Virus record (IMG/VR): IMGVR_UViG_3300045988_086641 | Span: 1 to 59,175 of that record | Reading direction: 5' to 3' (one strand) | DNA length: 59,175 bases | Origin: a virus | In this document: one piece after another, positions 57,192-59,175 of the stretch | How the letters are laid out: each line of letters starts with the position of its first letter | How positions within the stretch are numbered: the stretch's first letter is position 1 | Position numbers and translations under genes: made by a program | Notes under the pieces: model-generated | Database searches by the model: none | What the model saw: only the letters and a program-made list of their open reading frames with translations | Told to the model about the DNA's origin: nothing

Positions 57192-58889
57192 ATGATTTAC
57201 ATAAGATATGGAGAAGCGGATAAACAGAATGTTAATGATTATAGTGCTTTTCTTTCTTTTAACTATAACCCAGATTATGTACAAGAAATAAAGAAGTTAC
57301 CTTGCAGATTCTGGAATCCAGATAGAAAAGAATGGGAAATACCTATTAACCTAATTCCTATGGTTAAGAAGTTTGAGAATAATATCACTGAATTAAATCA
57401 AGCACCAATGTTTGCACCAGCTTCTAAAGTAAACATAGAAGATTTGAAGTTTAAAACTCCATCTTTTCCACATCAATTAGAAGGGGTAAAATATGGTATA
57501 GAGCATAATAACTTCTTACTAGGAGACCAGCAAGGTTTAGGTAAAACAAAGCAAATGATTGATTTATCTGTTTATAAAAAACAACATAATGGATTGAAAC
57601 ACTGTCTTATTATTTGTGGTGTTAATAATTTGAAGTATAACTGGTTGGATGAAATAAAAAAGCATAGTGATGAAACTGGTAAAGTAATTGGTTTTACTAA
57701 ACCAGGAAAAGAACCTACTATGGCAGAAAGAATTGAAGATTTATCTAAAGAACCAGAGGAATTCTTTTGGATAACAAATATTGAGACCTTAAGATGTCAT
57801 AAAGAAGGAAGGTTTTATAAATCGGAAATAGTAGATATTATAAATGATTTCATTAAGAAGGATATTTTAGGGTTAATTATAGTAGATGAAATTCATAAAG
57901 CTAAAAATCCTACTTCAATGCAAGGAAGAGGTTTGTTAAAAATAAAAGGATGCCAGAAGATTGGGTTATCTGGTACTTTATTAGTTAATAAACCTATGGA
58001 TTTGTTTATGCCTTTAAGTTTTATTCAAGCATTAACTATGAATTACTATCAATTCTTGCATAGATATACAGTTCAAGATATATGGGGTACGCCTATTGGT
58101 TATCAAAATATGGGTGAATTACAAGAACTAATGAATAACAATATGTTAAGAAGAACAAAAGAGTTATTAGATTTACCCGAAAAGATTTACCAACCAATAT
58201 ATCTTGAAATGTCCAACGATGAAAGAAGATTGTACAATGAAATATTAACAGCAACCAAAAAAGAATGCGATAAGATTTCAAATCCAACATTAGTATTACC
58301 TAAACTAACAAGAATGAGACAAGTTCTATGTCATACAGGTCTAGTAAGTACACAAGTTATTAAAAGTACCAAGTTTGAAAAGTTAAGGGATATACTTGAA
58401 GAAGCTCAAATAAATGGTGAAAAGGTTATTGTATTCAGCATGTTTAGGGAACTTATAGAAATGGCTCTAAAAGAATTCGAGGATATGAAACCTTTGCATA
58501 TATGGGGCAGCATGAATCAAGTAGAATTAAATAACCAGAAAGATGCTTTTCAAAATACTCCAGGATTCCAAGTATTGTTTGGTCAAACTATGGCGGCAGG
58601 AACAGGACATACATTAAATGAAGCATCTATAGTGGTATTTCTAGATTTACCTTGGAATAAAGCTACTATGGAACAAGCAGAAGATAGAGCCCATAGAATT
58701 GGAACTAAACATACAGTTACGGTAATTAGTTTATTGATGAAAGATAGTTATGATGAATTGTTAAATAAAATGATAATTGAAAAAGCTAGTTTTGGAGATA
58801 TATTAGTAGACGGAAAAGATTCAAAAGAATTTAGAAGGTTTATTAGATGTATATTCAAAGAAGAAAGCTATGATGAAAATATCACATAG
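57192..58889 (+). CDS. SNF2/RAD54-family DNA-dependent ATPase (helicase)
   Basis: Motif I 'LGDQQGLGKTKQ', motif II 'LIIVDEIHKAKN', and a C-terminal helicase block 'VIVFSMF...QKDAFQN...VLFGQTMAAGTGHTLNEASIVVFLD'. Confidence 0.7.
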   Translation: MIYIRYGEADKQNVNDYSAFLSFNYNPDYVQEIKKLPCRFWNPDRKEWEIPINLIPMVKKFENNITELNQAPMFAPASKVNIEDLKFKTPSFPHQLEGVKYGIEHNNFLLGDQQGLGKTKQMIDLSVYKKQHNGLKHCLIICGVNNLKYNWLDEIKKHSDETGKVIGFTKPGKEPTMAERIEDLSKEPEEFFWITNIETLRCHKEGRFYKSEIVDIINDFIKKDILGLIIVDEIHKAKNPTSMQGRGLLKIKGCQKIGLSGTLLVNKPMDLFMPLSFIQALTMNYYQFLHRYTVQDIWGTPIGYQNMGELQELMNNNMLRRTKELLDLPEKIYQPIYLEMSNDERRLYNEILTATKKECDKISNPTLVLPKLTRMRQVLCHTGLVSTQVIKSTKFEKLRDILEEAQINGEKVIVFSMFRELIEMALKEFEDMKPLHIWGSMNQVELNNQKDAFQNTPGFQVLFGQTMAAGTGHTLNEASIVVFLDLPWNKATMEQAEDRAHRIGTKHTVTVISLLMKDSYDELLNKMIIEKASFGDILVDGKDSKEFRRFIRCIFKEESYDENIT

Positions 58890-58914
58890 AATAATATTAG
58901 AGGAGGAATTAGAA

Positions 58915-59175
58915 TGTGGAAGCTTGAAGATATCGCAAAAGAATGTGGGGTTAAAAAAGATGCTATATTAGCATTTATTAAATATCGTATTGAATATAAT
59001 ATGCCTGTTCCTCAACCAGAACCATATCAAAAATCTAAATATGTTTATAGCGAAGAAAGTGCAAAAGAAATCATTAACTTATTTAAGAATAAAAAGTATG
59101 GAGAAATGTCCGAGTATAACTATAAACACAGATATGGTAAAGCATTTAGAGAAAAATACAAAAGAGAAAAAAAAC
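58915..59175 (+). CDS. Small HTH-like DNA-binding protein, spans the circular junction (continues to window position 130)
   Basis: RBS GAGGAGG; 'LEDIAKECGVKKDAILAFIK' is helix-turn-helix-like. The frame continues through the terminal overlap. Confidence 0.45.

Noticed and set aside
1-59175. CRISPR array, integrase/attP, or lysogeny module
   Set aside because: There are no spaced direct repeats. No tyrosine or serine recombinase motifs or repressor/Cro pair were recognisable. The gene content looks strictly virulent, though small HTH proteins (e.g. 58915) could be regulators.

Overview
The window looks like a complete, circularly closed genome of a low-GC (~30%) tailed phage of a Gram-positive (Clostridia-like) host. 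The first 119 nt are identical to the last 119 nt, and one gene spans that junction. All supportable genes are on the + strand; the minus-strand ORFs in the track are nested noise.

Gene order:
- Small early genes.
- A replication module: replisome-organiser-like protein with internal iteron-like repeats, sigma factor, DnaC-like loader, DnaB helicase, DnaG primase, a second sigma-like protein, gp32-like SSB, and family-A DNA polymerase.
- A complete 7-deazaguanine (preQ0) biosynthesis set plus a DpdA DNA transglycosylase, which predicts 7-deazaguanine-modified phage DNA.
- Sliding clamp, Cas4-like nuclease, Hjc-like resolvase, RecA, a three-subunit clamp loader, TerS-like protein and an HD hydrolase.
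- A cluster of small early genes behind a sigma-A-type promoter.
- A 1-kb ORF-free, GC-enriched, hairpin-rich segment ending in an intrinsic terminator (candidate large ncRNA or pac region).
- TerL, portal, Mu-F-like protein, scaffold and major capsid.
- A PBSX-like contractile-tail module: sheath, tube, a G/GT chaperone pair with a canonical -1 frameshift site, tape measure, LysM protein, baseplate and fibres.
- Holin and a GH25/CW_7/LysM endolysin, then a second small early-gene cluster, an SNF2 helicase and a junction-spanning HTH gene.

Most unusual:
- An array of four paralogous standalone tail-collar-domain genes (candidate receptor-binding tips) inserted in the baseplate module. Each of paralogs 1, 3 and 4 is preceded by a mini-ORF ending in a glycine run; the third paralog is frame-disrupted by a G8 tract, a G10 tract sits upstream of the first, and both tracts lie in a 30%-GC genome.
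- The 1-kb structured non-coding segment immediately upstream of the terminase.
- Two reused promoter consensus families.
- An unassigned phosphoribosyltransferase and a small membrane protein embedded in the deazaguanine cluster.
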